A stretch of DNA of 64,000 nt from Azolla caroliniana (taxonomy: Eukaryota > Plantae > Polypodiophyta), in assembly GCA_043228905.1 (NCBI GenBank), contig JBHGNT010000003.1, forward strand, positions 930,001 through 994,000, read 5' to 3'. The notes under the pieces are model-generated. The model saw only the letters and a list, made by a program, of their open reading frames with translations. It made no database searches and was not told where the DNA came from. Below are positions 25,911-40,189 of the stretch, one piece after another. Positions within the stretch are counted from its first letter, which is position 1, and each line of letters begins with the position of its first letter. The position numbers and the translations under genes are program-made.

Positions 25911-28124
25911 TGAATGTAGTGTCCAATTTTCTTTCTTTCTTAAATTTCCTTCTCATGTAGTCGGACTGTAACCTAAGTCCCATATTTTATCGCAGAGTTC
26001 CTTTAAGAAAAACAAAAAGATTAGGGTTACTATTTACATGGGGTTGATTGTGGGTCATTCTATCTATATATGGGTTGGTTTTTGGGGTTGTGATTCTTGT
26101 CAGGCTCTTTTTTCTGTGAATTTTGGTTGCACGTTATGTGATTTTTAGGTCATTATATGTGTGATTTTGGGCCATGCAGTCTGTCTGATTTTAGTCATTA
26201 TGTGATTTTTAGGTCATTATATGTGATTTTGGGCCATGCAGTTTGTTTGATTTTAGTCATGTATCGTATGTCATAGGCTTTTGCTTTTTCAAGGACTCCA
26301 AGTTTAGGTTCTTTTTTCCATCTTTCCTATTTGGGGTGGGGGCAGAAGCTTCGCATTCATTTCTGTCTCTTTATTTTTATGAAGTAACACTTCTCGTCGT
26401 AGGATTATGTTATTGTATCTCATTGTATCAGACTCAATTCAATTATGAATATATTATGCAATTCAGTTGTTCCTTTTTGTCTTCCAGACAACGTTGTCAT
26501 TTAGCTGTAAATTTCTAGTTTTAACGAATGCAGATCTTTAGTGTTAATAATTATATTTTTTGGATTCTATCCATTCAAGTCTTTCTGAGTAGCGACATCA
26601 TTAACCACTTTAAGGAATGGGGCTGTTTTAAGCATGAAAATGTAGCTTTCTTTAATTATTAAGGCATGGATGGACGTGTAGTAACGTGAGCAGAGTTAAT
26701 ATTGAACTTTTTTTTAATGTTGCATATTGATTCGAAAGTGGAAAAGATAGAACGTCTTACTTTAATGTGCTGTGGAAAAGAGATATTTATAACAGTCATA
26801 AAATCGGAAATTGCTTTGTTATATTATTTTTGAATAGGGTTTGTCCTTTATCGGAGCCCCCATTATTCCGTATTTTTAAATCATGTCTTCCCCGAAGATG
26901 CAGAGCATTTATTGTTGAATTGATATCGTTCAAACTGTTTCACTGTACACAGAATATAATTGGAGCCATTCTTTGTGGCTGCATATGTGGCTTAATTCAC
27001 TTGGCTGTTAATTAACTGGATAGTCTGTGTTTGATATTCATCTAATTGAAACGTTCTATTTCTTGCATTGTAAATTTCCGCTATAAAAACACCAGTGTAT
27101 TCGATCCAACGCTTTTGAGTTGTGATAAATCATTTATTTTTGTAGTAAAGTTGAGAGGATATATCAGGGAAACATATCAGCTGTATGGAGTCAGATAAAT
27201 TGCATCAGAGCTAAATCAAAGTATATTTGATAATCGACTAAGTACTTATTAGGTTGATTGTGACTAGGATTTTTTGACAATTCGATTTACAACTCAAACA
27301 AGTAAAATATAACTAGAAGTTAATTAAATAATAAGACATCAGAAGTTTGAAAGAAAGTGGCCAAGTGCTACAAAGTAACACCTCTTATAAACCAATAAAC
27401 ACTTTCGCGCTTTACTTACTAGAATATGAACAGAGTAGAAAACATATGTATCTTTGCAACAGTGTTTGCAGTATCAAGAACCATACAATTTTCTACTTAC
27501 ATGTTTAGTGAAAAGTATTGTGGTTGAAGAATGGGGAATTTCAGTTTTCTTTCACTGTTGTCCTCCTCTGAATATCCTATGATTGATAAGGTTGAAAAAT
27601 TGGGAATCTTGGTTTCTTTGACGTTCTTGGTTTAGTGAAAAGAAACCAAGATTCCCTATTTTTAGCAACTCCTAATATCTATTGAATAGTAATTCTCTTT
27701 TGGTCTCATATGCTATCTTGACCTCCAATAAGATGTTAAGATTTCTTTCTTTTTTCTAGCCAAATCTCAGTGCAGATTTGTCTAAGCAGTATATTCTTTT
27801 CGTTGGAAGTGCTATAATATTAATGGGGAAACATTGATAGATGAACGATCGACAAGTGAGATATTGAGGGGTGCGATGAGATCCTTGTATCTGAAGAAAT
27901 TGTGGCTCTTAGGAAGAGAAAGAATCTAGGCAAGGAATTCCATCACTATTTGATAATTGCATACTAAACACAGATGTGTTTGTATCGTAGTCTCATAATT
28001 GGCTTCTGCAGTTCATATGTTGATTAACATACATGCTGGCCACAGCCTGTTTACTTTTCACTAATCATTAATGTACAGAAGTGTTCTGATTGGATCTAGG
28101 GATTGGGTTAACTGTACAAGAGCT

Positions 28125-30442
28125 TCAATAAATGACTTGAACCAAACATCGGCTTGCTAAATCCACATTACAATGTTTCTTACAACAAGACAGTAAGGAA
28201 ATCCACCCATAAACATCTGAGGTGGTCGGCATGGATAATAAAAGATCTTCTGCTTCATCCATTAATCCTGTTCGTCCAAGGAGATCAATTAGGGAATTGT
28301 AGTGGTTTATTATGGGTTCAACTCCATAGCTCTCTCTCATGGATGAGAAGACTTCACAACCTTGTTCAAGCAAACCAGCATTGGTGCAAGCACATAGAAG
28401 ATTGATGAAGATCGCATTGTCTGGTTTCAAGCCAAGATTGTTCATAGTCTGCACACATTCCCCAGCTTTCTCATAAAGGCCAGTGCGAGCAAATCCTGCA
28501 ATCATTGCACCCCACGATACTATATTCCCATTTGGAATACTATTGAGAACTTTATATGCATCACACAAGCTTCCACATTTGACATACATATGAATGAGGG
28601 CGCTAACTATTTCCACATCCATCATCAATCCAATTTCAATGATTTGTCCATGTATGAGACTGCTTTCTAGAGCTCCTAATTGGCCACATGCTTTAAAAAT
28701 GTACAAGAAACATGCTTTTTCAGGTTTATTACCTTCGTCTTGCATTTTGATGAATGTCTTAAGAGCAGCACGACAAAACCCATTTTCCACATAGCTTGCT
28801 ACCATAGATCCCCAAGTTACTTCGTTCATATCCTTCATAGTATGGAACACTTTGCTTGCTTCTCGTATATGTCCTAATTTTCCATACATATTTAAGAGGG
28901 TAGTTCCGATTGCCACATCTAATCTTATCCCAGCTCTTATAATTTGATGATGCAAAATCATGCTTTGCAAAGGCATTCCCACCATAATGCATGCCTTTAA
29001 TACAGACACATATACAGCCTCATTTGGAGAAAACCCTTCTACTTGCATCCTTTCAAAATAAGCAAGACCAGTATGATCTAGCCCGTGCTGAACACAGCTT
29101 GCTATTAATGTGCCCCATGATACTATATCTCTATTTTGCAAAGCCTCGAACACATTGCTTGCCTCACAGATGTGCCCAGATTTCCCATAGACATCAATAA
29201 GTGTATTCATGGTAACAATACAAGATTCAAAGCTGCATTTCACTAACTGATCATGTAGCGCTTTGACATCATCCACACTACCTTGCATAGAAAATGCTTT
29301 CAAAATATTTGAAAACGTATATTTATTGGGTTTCAACCCCTCTTGTTGCATCTTTTTGAAAATCTCTAGAGCAAGGAGGTTATGCCCATGTTGGACAAGT
29401 CCTGAAATCCTTACATCCCATGACACAACATTTCTATCAGACAACTTTTCAAAAACTCTACAAGCATCTTCTAAGAAACCAAGCTTTGTGTACATATCAA
29501 TAAGCGTATTTCCAATAGCTGGTTCTCTATCAAGTTCAACCTTGATTAACTCATAATGTACAAGGTGTCCTCGATTCATATCCCTCAGTGAGGAACAAGC
29601 TTTCAAAACACACAAGAAAACTGGTCTATTGGGTTCAATGCCCTCTTTTTTCATTTTCTCAAAAAGCTCAAATACAAGACTACATTTACTTTCACAATCG
29701 GCATACCCAGCCATCAATGCACCCCATGAAACCACATTCTTATCAGTTAGACCATAAAAAATGGATAATGCATCCTCTAAACTACCACATTTCGCATACA
29801 TATCGATAAGAGAATTGCTCAAAGCCCGACATATTAGTCCACATCGGATAACCTCATCATGTATCAACCTTCCTTTGAACAATGCCCCTATCAAAGCACA
29901 TGCTTTCAATATAGATAGAAAAGTAACTACATCTGGGGTGACACCAACCTGATACATTTTGCGAAACAATCCAAGAGCTTTGTTTGCATCGATGCTGGAT
30001 TGAGCTGAAATGATCGCATTCCATGTATATACTGACGGATTGGGTACCTTCCAAAAGGTTTCTTCTGCATCTATAATGCTTCCACATGAAGAGAAAAGAC
30101 GGATAAGATGATCTCCGAGAAGCGAATCCGAATATAGTCCACTTCTTTCTATAAGCGACCGAACCTTTCTTCCAGATGCCAGGTCTTTCTTCTTAATGCA
30201 TACCTTTAGAAGTAAATAAGCATATTGCTGAGAGATGACACATCCTTGTTTCTCAATTACATAAATAGTTTGAAGAAGCTCGTCAAAATGCCCTTGTTTC
30301 CATAGCTTTCTATGATGATAATGATAATAAAACGCACACAAAAAATGAACACGATAAGAGTTCTTGATTACTGAGAGAACTCATAATTAATCTTTAGAGC
30401 CATTGAAATGAATTACCTGAAAGAAATCTCTAAAGTTTGCAT
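28125..30442 (-). CDS. PLS-class PPR protein ending within the E region (putative organellar RNA-editing/binding factor)
   Basis: 738-aa open frame of P-L-S repeats ending HYNSLIDLLGRTG...WISLLSCCKKHCNVDLA. The track start is a TTG. A likely true start is ATG 30442 with a short exon (30417-30442, MQTLEISFR) spliced via a 107-nt GT-AG intron to 30309, phase compatible. Confidence 0.9.
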
Positions 30443-32049
30443 CAAAGCATCTGAGAATTAATGAAGCTTTTCTTCTCAAGAAATTTCAAGCATTAGTTCT
30501 CAGGTCTCATCCATTTCATTTTCAGTTCCTCGGGTTCTCAACTTAGTAATAATCTAAAAAACTTGATGCTAACATTGAAGACGCAGAAACCCTAATCTCA
30601 AAAGAAGAAGAAGAAGAAGAAGAAGCACAGAAGTGTGGTGAAAGTGAGTCAGAATCCAATATTGGGTACATTTCATGAATGGGCATGGGGAGAATTCTTC
30701 TAAACTATATAAAATTGAACCTCTAATTTTATAAAACCCTGAAAGCAACCCCATGCATTTCTTTATTGCCCCTAGACGACCCTACTCTGAAGAAGAATTC
30801 TGATTCATGAAATTATGTCTCGCCAATTCCTTCACTCTTACGTAAACATATGTGCTATTTGGGAATTTCTATGGTTTAACGAATGCATAGTAATTCTCAG
30901 TGTCACAAAAGTCTGATGCCAAAGCAAATCCTCTTTAATTGCAAACCCCCTGTGAATAGTAACTTCCAACCAACAAATTTTTATTGTGAAATTTGAGCTT
31001 GAAGGAAAGAGTAAATCTTGAACATAGGCTATTTAGACAGCTTTGACCAGAGTATGCAGCTAAGGCTATCCATCCAATCTTTGCATACTAGTCAAAATCA
31101 TTACTGGTATTCCTCTTCAATCCAGCATCTTTATGAATATGCACCATCAGAAAACAGAAGTTTGGTAGCTACTCCAAATTACAATCATCAAGGTACATGA
31201 ATGTCTAGCCTCTTATGAAAAAACTGTTGGGAATTTGTGGTGTAACCATAGCCTTCAAATATTACCTTGATAATTTCAATTATCAAGGTAATAGGATGGC
31301 GTGCCTCTTGAGAAAAACAGCAATGAATAACCACACAAATTCACAGAACTCTTGAGTAATTGACACAATTCTTGAATTGCACACATGACCCACATGAACA
31401 ATCGAGAAAATTGTGTCCACATTCTCTTTCAAAACTAAAACCAAGTTCTCTTACTAAAATAAATTGAATTGTTATAGGTACATGACCAAGAGTTTCCTCT
31501 TCTGTTAGTTGCAGTAGAGTAGGTGATCACAATTTTGACTGTGTAATAAGACATAATGATCCAGTTTACAGAACCACATTGAAAATTATGCAATCAAAAT
31601 CACTTGAATTCCCTGCTGATTTAAGTACATCACAAAGAAACGCGTACCTTTGATTAATGTGAGTCATAAACCATAGGGTGATGAATTCTAAATACAGTGT
31701 ACAATTGAGCATTACATTTGTCACTTACAATTCTATTGGAATTCTTAAGGATGTTACAAATGGAACGTGTGCTTCTGAAACAAGAAGACTATTACAAACT
31801 AATAATCATCGCGCACACAGTCGAGTTCCTCTAATTTCCAAATCCCTTATACAGGTAAAATCTGTTCACTCTGAATACTAACTCAAAACAAATGTGCGTT
31901 CAAGAGGACATAAGGTATCTGGAGACAAAGAGAATGTAAGTATTCTTTGCATTTTTATGTACAATATGAACTGTAATATCCCTTGCATTTCTTTGATATA
32001 CAAGGGTTCAGTTCTTTTACAAATATTTACAGCCTCGTCGAGAGAAAAT

Positions 32050-35000
32050 TTACAGCGTAAAAATGTTATAAATATTACAAACAGAGTCATTCATTTTGAT
32101 GTGAGACTTTTTCGCATAGGGGAACTTTCACTTCATTTGTCTCTATATCAGGACATTCACATGATTGTGGTGGAGATGGTATAAAAATCCCTGCACAAGA
32201 AAGTGTTCGTAATTAACATCATAGAATTGAACTTTTTAATGGAAACAGATCATTCTGTACAGCTGATAATACTGCTAAAACACAATTATGTACAACTAAA
32301 GATAACTCAATAGTTATGTTCAACAAAGTGAACAGGAAAACAATTAATTACCCAAAGACCAAATCAAGGCAGCCACGAAGAAGATGGATGTTAGCATAAG
32401 TGTGGTGAGTCGCCAATCATTCAAATAGTCCTGCATCCATATATTGCTATCAATTATACAACTACTGTATAAATACATAGCTTTGAAGGCCATGCCATTA
32501 AACTATACTTCTGTACCCCAATAATTCTGAAGGGAGAAAGGGGAGTCAGAGCTTATACCTAATTTTTAATTAGTGTTTTAGTATTGAGTATGTGTATAAT
32601 TCTGACGTATTGTGAGTCATTGATTAAGTAATCAGAATTTACATTGATATATTTTCTGGTTCTAATTATCACAAGCAATTATTGAATTTATCGGAGTATG
32701 AACGTGCACAAACCTGTAATGCCCCCACAATAGGTGACGATGGCACATCTCCAAACACATGGAGACAAATTGTTGATACAGCAGTTGCCAATGGCCGCAG
32801 CTTTTCTGGGGCACTCCCTAGTATCAAAGTGTTTACAGGGCCCTAGTTTCCCATGCCATCACCTTCAGAACCTAGAAAATATGATGATAGGATTGTCTTA
32901 TGAAAAGAAAAAATAGCAATACCTGTGTGGCGAAAAGAAATAATTCCCCCAATGCAAATAAAGGAATAAAGCCCACCAAAGTCCCAGATAAAAAGGACAT
33001 AAAGCAAGCAGCCCCTCCAACCAATGTTGCAATTGTGAGAAGCTGTTTAACATATTTGACCAACAGAATAAATTACACATTATGTCTACTGTGCCAAGCT
33101 ATAAGACTTAATAATACAGGTACATAGTATTTAGCCAAATGAACACTTTGCTAGTATACAGTATTTAAGATGAGGATTATAAAGTGAAAATGGCAAACCT
33201 TAAATCCATTGGAAACAGTTGCGCCAATTCTATCTAGAATTACCCCTCCAGCAACAGTACCAAAAATTCCACAGATTACTGTCATGCATCCAAAAACTGT
33301 GTCTGCGTTCATCTTCTCAACAAATAAACCAAAACATGAGTGTGTTTTGATCATACAATTTGCAGAATAAGATCAGTCTAAACCTTACCAAATTAAATAT
33401 GGCATAGCCTGCCCTTGGACCCCAGTATGAATACGCACCAAGTACTGCATTGTAAGCTACAGAACCTGTTCAAAAAGAGAATTATTTCCATTTAGAAACT
33501 GTTAAGAATAAGCTCTTATTTGAAATCTCCTTAATAAGAGATATAATTGGACTAAATTCATACCTGCCACATTGATAGAGTATACCGGACTACCAAACAA
33601 ACACATGACATCTCTGACAAATGCACCAAAGTGTGAGCTGAAAGTATTGCTGACACATTTGCTAGGTTCTTCCTCATAGTCTTTATCGGCCTGATCTGAA
33701 AGAACATAAGAATACCTTCTTGATCAAGACAGATTTCAAGTCTATGATTACAAACGTACCATAAACTTTTAAGAGATCGGCATTTCAAGTCTATGATACT
33801 ACCTCTAACACCTAACTTGTGTGAGTGAGTTCCAAGAAGGGTTAATGCTCTCCGAAACCCCCCAAGGGTCATGACAGTAGTGAGATGCAATTGGATACAT
33901 TCTAGCATTTTTTCCCTTAATATTTGCAATGTAGTATTCCAATTTTGACATTTTAGCATCTTACCACTTCATCCCTAGTGCCTCCCGTAATCTATCATCA
34001 ATAATATCACATACTTGATAGCATCACTTGAGAGCTCCAATAGAACTTTTACTCCCTATCTCTAAAATCATTTCATATTGTCAAGAACCTAGCCGCATGA
34101 GACGATTTTGCTCTTGTTAGTCTTTTATACCTTGCATTCTATATTCCAAGCTTGTTTGGGTGGTCCATGATCGGGCATATTCTTAACTTTCGTGATATAC
34201 TTGTACACTCTTAGCATTGTGAGAAAAGCTGTTAATAGCAGCAGCAGAAGAGTTAGAACAAAATAGATACAGCGAAGCTGTGAGAAGGCTGTTAGACAGC
34301 AGTAGAAAAAATGGTTGCAAAGAGTAGAGACACAGCCAAAGAGTTGTGCTTGTTTCTAAGTAGCAGCAGAAAATAATCTCATTACAAAAGAGGCTGGTAT
34401 AAGCCTATTTATACAAAATTGGGAATGGTTGTTTGGTAGTTAAGAGACTCTTGTACCACCAAACAGGTACAATAAACTAGGAATAAAAAGGGAATATCTT
34501 GGAAAAAGTGGAAGAGACAAAAGGCATTTAAAGCATTGCAGATTCTAGAGAGAGAATGCATTTAAAGAGTTGCGGATTCTAGAGAGAAGAATCTGGGAAG
34601 AGAGAATGTAGTACAGAGATAATAAAGATGAAAGAGAGTGCAGGTCTGGAGCTGCCACCCTCCAACAAGCATGGCTAGTACCTCTATATGCCGAGCACTG
34701 GTTCAAATAGCATGCTAGAATAGGATGTTAAGGATTTTACCCCCAATTGTTTACGTAAGAACATTTTTTTTATTTTCTCTATTTCATTCCATGCACCAAG
34801 TGAGATAGGGGCATCCCACGCTCCAACTACAAAAAGCACATTGGAACCACCATAACATTGAAGTCTAGACTATGTATAGCTATGGAAGTCTGAACCACCA
34901 TATCCCTTTGGTTCTATTGATTCTCGAACATATAATAACTATTCCAACCCGCTTGAAGTTTAGACGCATAGCATGCATTCCACCCATTTATCAATGGGAC

Positions 35001-38000
35001 ATTAATACCAAGATATTTGAATCTTTGCACCACTTGCATTGGTTCTCCCTTGTATGTAAAAGTGGGATAATGTCTTGGTTATGTTGCCTTTATTGCCATC
35101 ATCTTTGTTTTCTCCATGTTAACAATTAAAATCTAATTCGAGTGGGAAGATCTAGTTCAATTATGTTTTTTAAAAGTAAAGGGAAGTGAAAATAATAACT
35201 AATCATTATGAGCATACCTTTCAGATGTGCATTTGCTGATGCAAATCCAATAAATGCACAAGGAAGCATCAACACAGATTCTCCCCAAAAGGCAAACCGC
35301 CAAGATAACATACTCCCAACCTAAATTTCCAAATAATGCACAAATCAAAACTTCAGACTGTAAAATAGTAAGTCAAACAGGCTGGTATATAGTATTCTCT
35401 TTACCACTCCTCCATATATATAACCCAAGGCCATCCCAACTGGAATACACATGTAAAAATATGACAGCCAGCTTGCTTTCTGCATCACATAACATAAACG
35501 TTACTAACAGCATGGTAATGTGGCAACAGATCAAGGCAAAACTGTTCAATGTCATTACGAGTGGATAGGTTTACCTTATCATGGGGAGCATTGTCAATGA
35601 TAAATGGTGCTGCTAAACTGATGAAAGATGCTTCTCCTACACCTACTAACCTGCAGATTAAGCAACTACTTACATTACGACCTCAAGATAATCAAGATTA
35701 ATATATTGCAGACGCAACCTATATAATGCTCTAGATAGGCCAAACAACCTAACTGCCTCGTTTGACCTGAAGCAAGAGACTCAATTATTATCCTTCTTCA
35801 TTTAAAATCTACAGAGAATAAAAGTGAACAAACAAAGCCTTGTATCTATGACTCGGACAGGCTCAAAATCCATTGAAATATTTTCTCAAATGCAAGTACA
35901 ATACAGAACTAAGGATACTGAAGAAATTGAAAAAGGAAACTTACATTCGTGAAACCATAATTGACCAAAAATTGAAAGAAAATCCACACATAGCAGTGGA
36001 AACAGTCCATACTGACAAGCCGACCCCCATAAGTTTGAAGGAATCATGTCTGCAAATATATTAAATTTTCTTAATAAAAGGGACTTTAAATTAACTGTAC
36101 AAATGGTTCTTCCACATTGCCATAATCCTGAGGATAGTACAAAGTCAAACTAATGACATTTATAAACAGTCTACGTCAAGTAGGTGTAGGAATTCTGCGA
36201 AGAGCCATGCATGAGAATTGATCGAAGGAAGAATGAACCGAAGCAGCACTAAGGCTTGCCACCTTTCCTTGGTCTCCCGCTAACACCAAGTTGGAAGGAT
36301 CAACTCAATCATATAATAGCTAACGTCTTTGTCATAGACTATGTCTTGATGCCAAGCATCAGAAAGCATTGATTCTTAAAAATATTCCACAATGCAGTAC
36401 TTGAAATTGTGCTAGAGGTTATCTTTCAAAGATGACCTTCTGGCTCTCTCGGCAGCAAAATATATTGGGCCTAAACAATACCCTCTATTTGTGTGCGTAA
36501 ATATGGAGTGTTCTCATTTTAAGTTAAATGGGCACCCACAATAAGTTCTCTTTCTTTCTCCTTTATTAAAACAATGTCACAGTATTAAAAAAAGAACTGG
36601 TTGTCCCTACTTCAATTGACGATCTTATGGCACAGTAAACCATCTAGATGTTAGACTAGCTAACTTATGAACAACTCCTCAAAGTGTCTGCAAAGTTGAG
36701 GTACTCCATGGAGATGATCAATTCGTACACCCCCTAATACCTAAGGTAGTCAAATTTGTACAATGAGGAGGGTATATCTATAGCTCCATGAGCAGAAACC
36801 CAGTGAAAGGATGACAATTATCTCAATTAACGATGCCCAAAGTTGCAACATAACAATCCAAATTGTTTTAGAAACTAGGCATGTATGAAATTTGTGCTTG
36901 GCATCCTCCTCAATAATCATACAAAAAGACCATGTCCCATCTAAAATCTGTAAGCATTTTATGGACAACTCTAAATGCAACCCATCAACCATTGCCCACC
37001 AAAGAACATTTTCACACAGAATGGAAGATGTGATTGACATCTTACACCCAACATCTAATACCATCGTCATACTCATCAGTAATATGCAATGAAAGCAATG
37101 CCTTCACCACTGATGAAGCTCTATCCCACTCCATCTTCAATCTACTAAAAGTAGACATCGTTGATGTACATTGCAAGTCTTGATTTTTTATTGTCAAATA
37201 GCCAATCTTTCAACATCTCGTCTACCACCAAATCCAGAATAGGGGCCACAAGAAAGGCAAAGTAGATAATGACTGTCAAAGAATAGGTGCATGAAAGAAA
37301 CCTGCTTCGCAGAACTCTGGATCCCATGCTCTATCTGTGTGGCATAAAATAGCATTGTGCACAATCTACAAGCCAAGCTTCACCATACAATTAAATTTAG
37401 ACTTGAGACTTTCTTTTCTATCCCAATAACTTTGTTGCCGAGAGAGCAGTGAGTGTTAAACCAAAATCAATTCTGAAAATTTAAATTGTCAAGCACTATT
37501 TGACAACCATGAGGCTTCAAGGACGTCTACCATATTCCCAAAATTCCACAAAAGCATTTTGTATGGGAGGTCATCGGCTAACAAATGATGCCCTAGTAAC
37601 TTGTGAATAACTTAGTTTCCACTGCTGCTTCTCCAACATGTAGTGATTATACCATTTATCTTTCAATTTTGTGCTTTAATTGTTGATTTTACATGCTAGA
37701 CTGCAACAGAGCATTATAGGCACGCCCAAGAAGAAACATTCAAGGCACACAAGGAAGGCAAGAACATCGTTTACCCAGATTATCCCAACATTATCAATGG
37801 CAAGGCCGAATAGGGATTCGCAGCCAATGAGACTACAGAATCAGAGCTACAAATTACAATTTGAAACTGCAATGGAGCAGTTTGGACACACCTAGGAAGA
37901 ATGGAACAGTTCATGGTGGGACAAAGCATCCTCCTCATTACATAGATGCACCAAACAAAGGTCTAGCTTGAGTGGAGAACGTTCAATGGTAGTCTGCATA

Positions 38001-38185
38001 GGTGATGAACATAAACCTTAGGGATCAATTCTAAAGCTAATTTTAATGGTTTAAAAGTAGGATAAAGAGGAAACCAGCTATCTAGGGCTTGAGACAAACC
38101 TGGAAGAGGACCTATGACACATGACGATGCATGGTGGTCTAGAAGCCTAATATATTGGGCTATATACTTCATTATGGCATCGCGA

Positions 38186-38235
<50 letters not shown>

Positions 38236-40189
38236 ATACGTTTTTGCCATATATGCAAATATTGGTGATGCTAATAGAAGCCCAACCAAGAAGGCTGAAG
38301 ATAGAACGCCATCCTGGAGATTACTAAGACCAAATTCTCCCCTGCAACACAACAATACAATGGTTATTGCCAAGTGATGATAAGAGTATAATTTTAAACA
38401 AGATGAGCTTACTGTATCCCACTGCCTGGACTGCAAGTTTCCCCTGGGTTACATTTAATGTCAGCTGCAGCCCCATTCACACCATTGCTTGAGATAACAC
38501 CTCGATCAACATAGTTGAGAAGATTCACAAGGCATAGGACAACCAGCATTCTGTAATTAAAGAAAGAGTCAGAGTGTGATCAATGATAAATCTCTACTCC
38601 AAATTATCATTTAATAATACAATTAGACACTGATTCGATGATAAATCTCTACTTCAAATAAATTTATAGGCATGCACTTAGAGAAAGAACCCAAAAGCAA
38701 TTTGTGATTAATCTCTACTCCAAACTATCTTATAATCACGTTATTGTAGATAGAAAAATAGAGCAATCAATGATCAATCTCTCCACTAAATTATCTTATA
38801 AACATGCAGCTAAGAAAGTATCTTACTTTTCTCAGGCGTCAAGGGATGCTCAATGACAATCCCCAAATTGTCACTGCCTTGCTCCCTCCCGCTATTACAA
38901 TTTAGAAAACTTGGTGCTAAATCTATAAACCACATTATCTTACAGCTATGTAGTGTAATCGGTGACCTCTCTGCTCCGTATATATATCAAAAACTTCTGG
39001 AAGAAGTGAAATTTGCACAAAGGTATCAAAAGAGACAGGTTCTATTCCACATCATCTAATAGCCGAGCTATTTGTAATGAATCTCTAATCTGAGTCTTAT
39101 ATACAAGAAGAACCCATATGTAAAATAAGTAAAAACGTTCAGAGGATTCAAAAAACAAGCAGTGGTCAATTTCTACTCTAAATGATTTTATAACAAAGCG
39201 CTCGATGATCAACCTCAGCTCCAAATATCATATACAAGAAGAATCCAGATATCTACCTATATATATGAAACTCTAAAGCTTCTGAAGGTTTAGAAATCCA
39301 TCAGTGATCAATTTTGGACACCATGTGTCATGTTTAAGATGAATCGATATGCACATAAATCGAATGCTTCTAAAGTTTCAGAAAGTGTTTGATCATCAAT
39401 CTCTTCACATATGCGAGGAATTAAGCTTTTCAGGAGTCAAACGCAATTGTCAATCTTTCTTATCAAGGAAAAGATAACCAATAAGAGTCCCGAGGACTCT
39501 GAAACTGATCGAGTGATTGATATGTACTATTAAGACCCTATAATCATGCGATCAGTGATCAATCACTCATCCTAGAACCAAGCAATCATTGGCAATAACT
39601 CCTCCAAGAGATCTCATAACCAAACGCTTGTTGATCCTACAGGAAGTATTTAACTCGGATGCTTCTTAGAATTCCACATATCATGCACATAAATACCAGC
39701 ACCTAAGTAATACAAAAAACCCACTGATGATTCCATTATCTTTCTATACCACATATCATATTGTAGAAAAGGAATCAATATACACATAATTGCGAAAAGC
39801 TTCTGAGGATCTCATACTGTCCTTAACCCCCCTCATACGATGTACAACAATAATTATAAATAAATAATGCAGGATATTATTCGTGGACAATTTATCACAC
39901 AGAAGAAGAATTGATATGTGCATAACCACAAAGGTTCTGGTAATTTCATGGTCTACTTACTCCACGTATCATATACAATGACAAAAATCGGTATATACGT
40001 AAGTCAAAAGGTCCAGAAATCATGTACAAAAACTCCAGTATTGGTTTTCACGAGACAAGATTATCTTCTGAGTGAATATGCCATGTCCGGATAGGAAAGA
40101 AGAGAGAAAGAGAGGAAAAAGAAGAAATACCTGACGGGAGTGAAGCAGACGCTACTGTTTCTTTCCGAGGAGTTCTCTGGTTTCGCCAT
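32050..40189 (-). CDS. Spinster-like MFS transporter (probable sphingolipid transporter family)
   Basis: Exons at about 40131-40189, 38413-38550 (LLNYVDRG), 38240-38341 (QDGVLSSAF..GLLLASPIF), 35945-36049, 35575-35650 (LVGVGEASF..LAAPFI), 35405-35479, 35218-35320 (WRFAFWGE), 33564-33695, 33389-33465 (YSYWGP), 33198-33315, 32923-33042, 32714-32842 (HVFGDVPSSPIVG), 32352-32430 and 32050-32190. Confidence 0.92.
34218..34667 (-). mobile_element. Solo LTR in a spinster intron
   Basis: TG...CA termini (TGTGAGA...TCCAACA), perfect 5-bp TSD AGCAT (34213-17 / 34668-72), and a minus-strand TATA-like GTATAAATAGG near 34403-34413. Confidence 0.85.
38578..39990. repeat. Degenerate minisatellite of about 60 bp filling spinster intron 1
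   Basis: Recurrent (C)AATGAT(A/C)AATCTCTACTCCAAATTATC-like units at about 38581, 38636, 38704, 38768, 39160, 39203 and 39302, decaying rightwards. Confidence 0.6.

Noticed and set aside
28154-30087. Numerous short ORFs overlapping the PPR gene (similar cases over NAL1 and the ABC1 kinase)
   Set aside because: Antisense or off-frame shadows with no recognisable motifs.
35009-35132. Possible extra spinster loop exon containing an in-frame TAA
   Set aside because: Splice phases do not fit cleanly and the gene joins in frame without it. It cannot be supported without RNA data.
36300-37500. Possible decayed retroelement RT in a spinster intron
   Set aside because: Only vague motif traces, too degenerate to classify or delimit.
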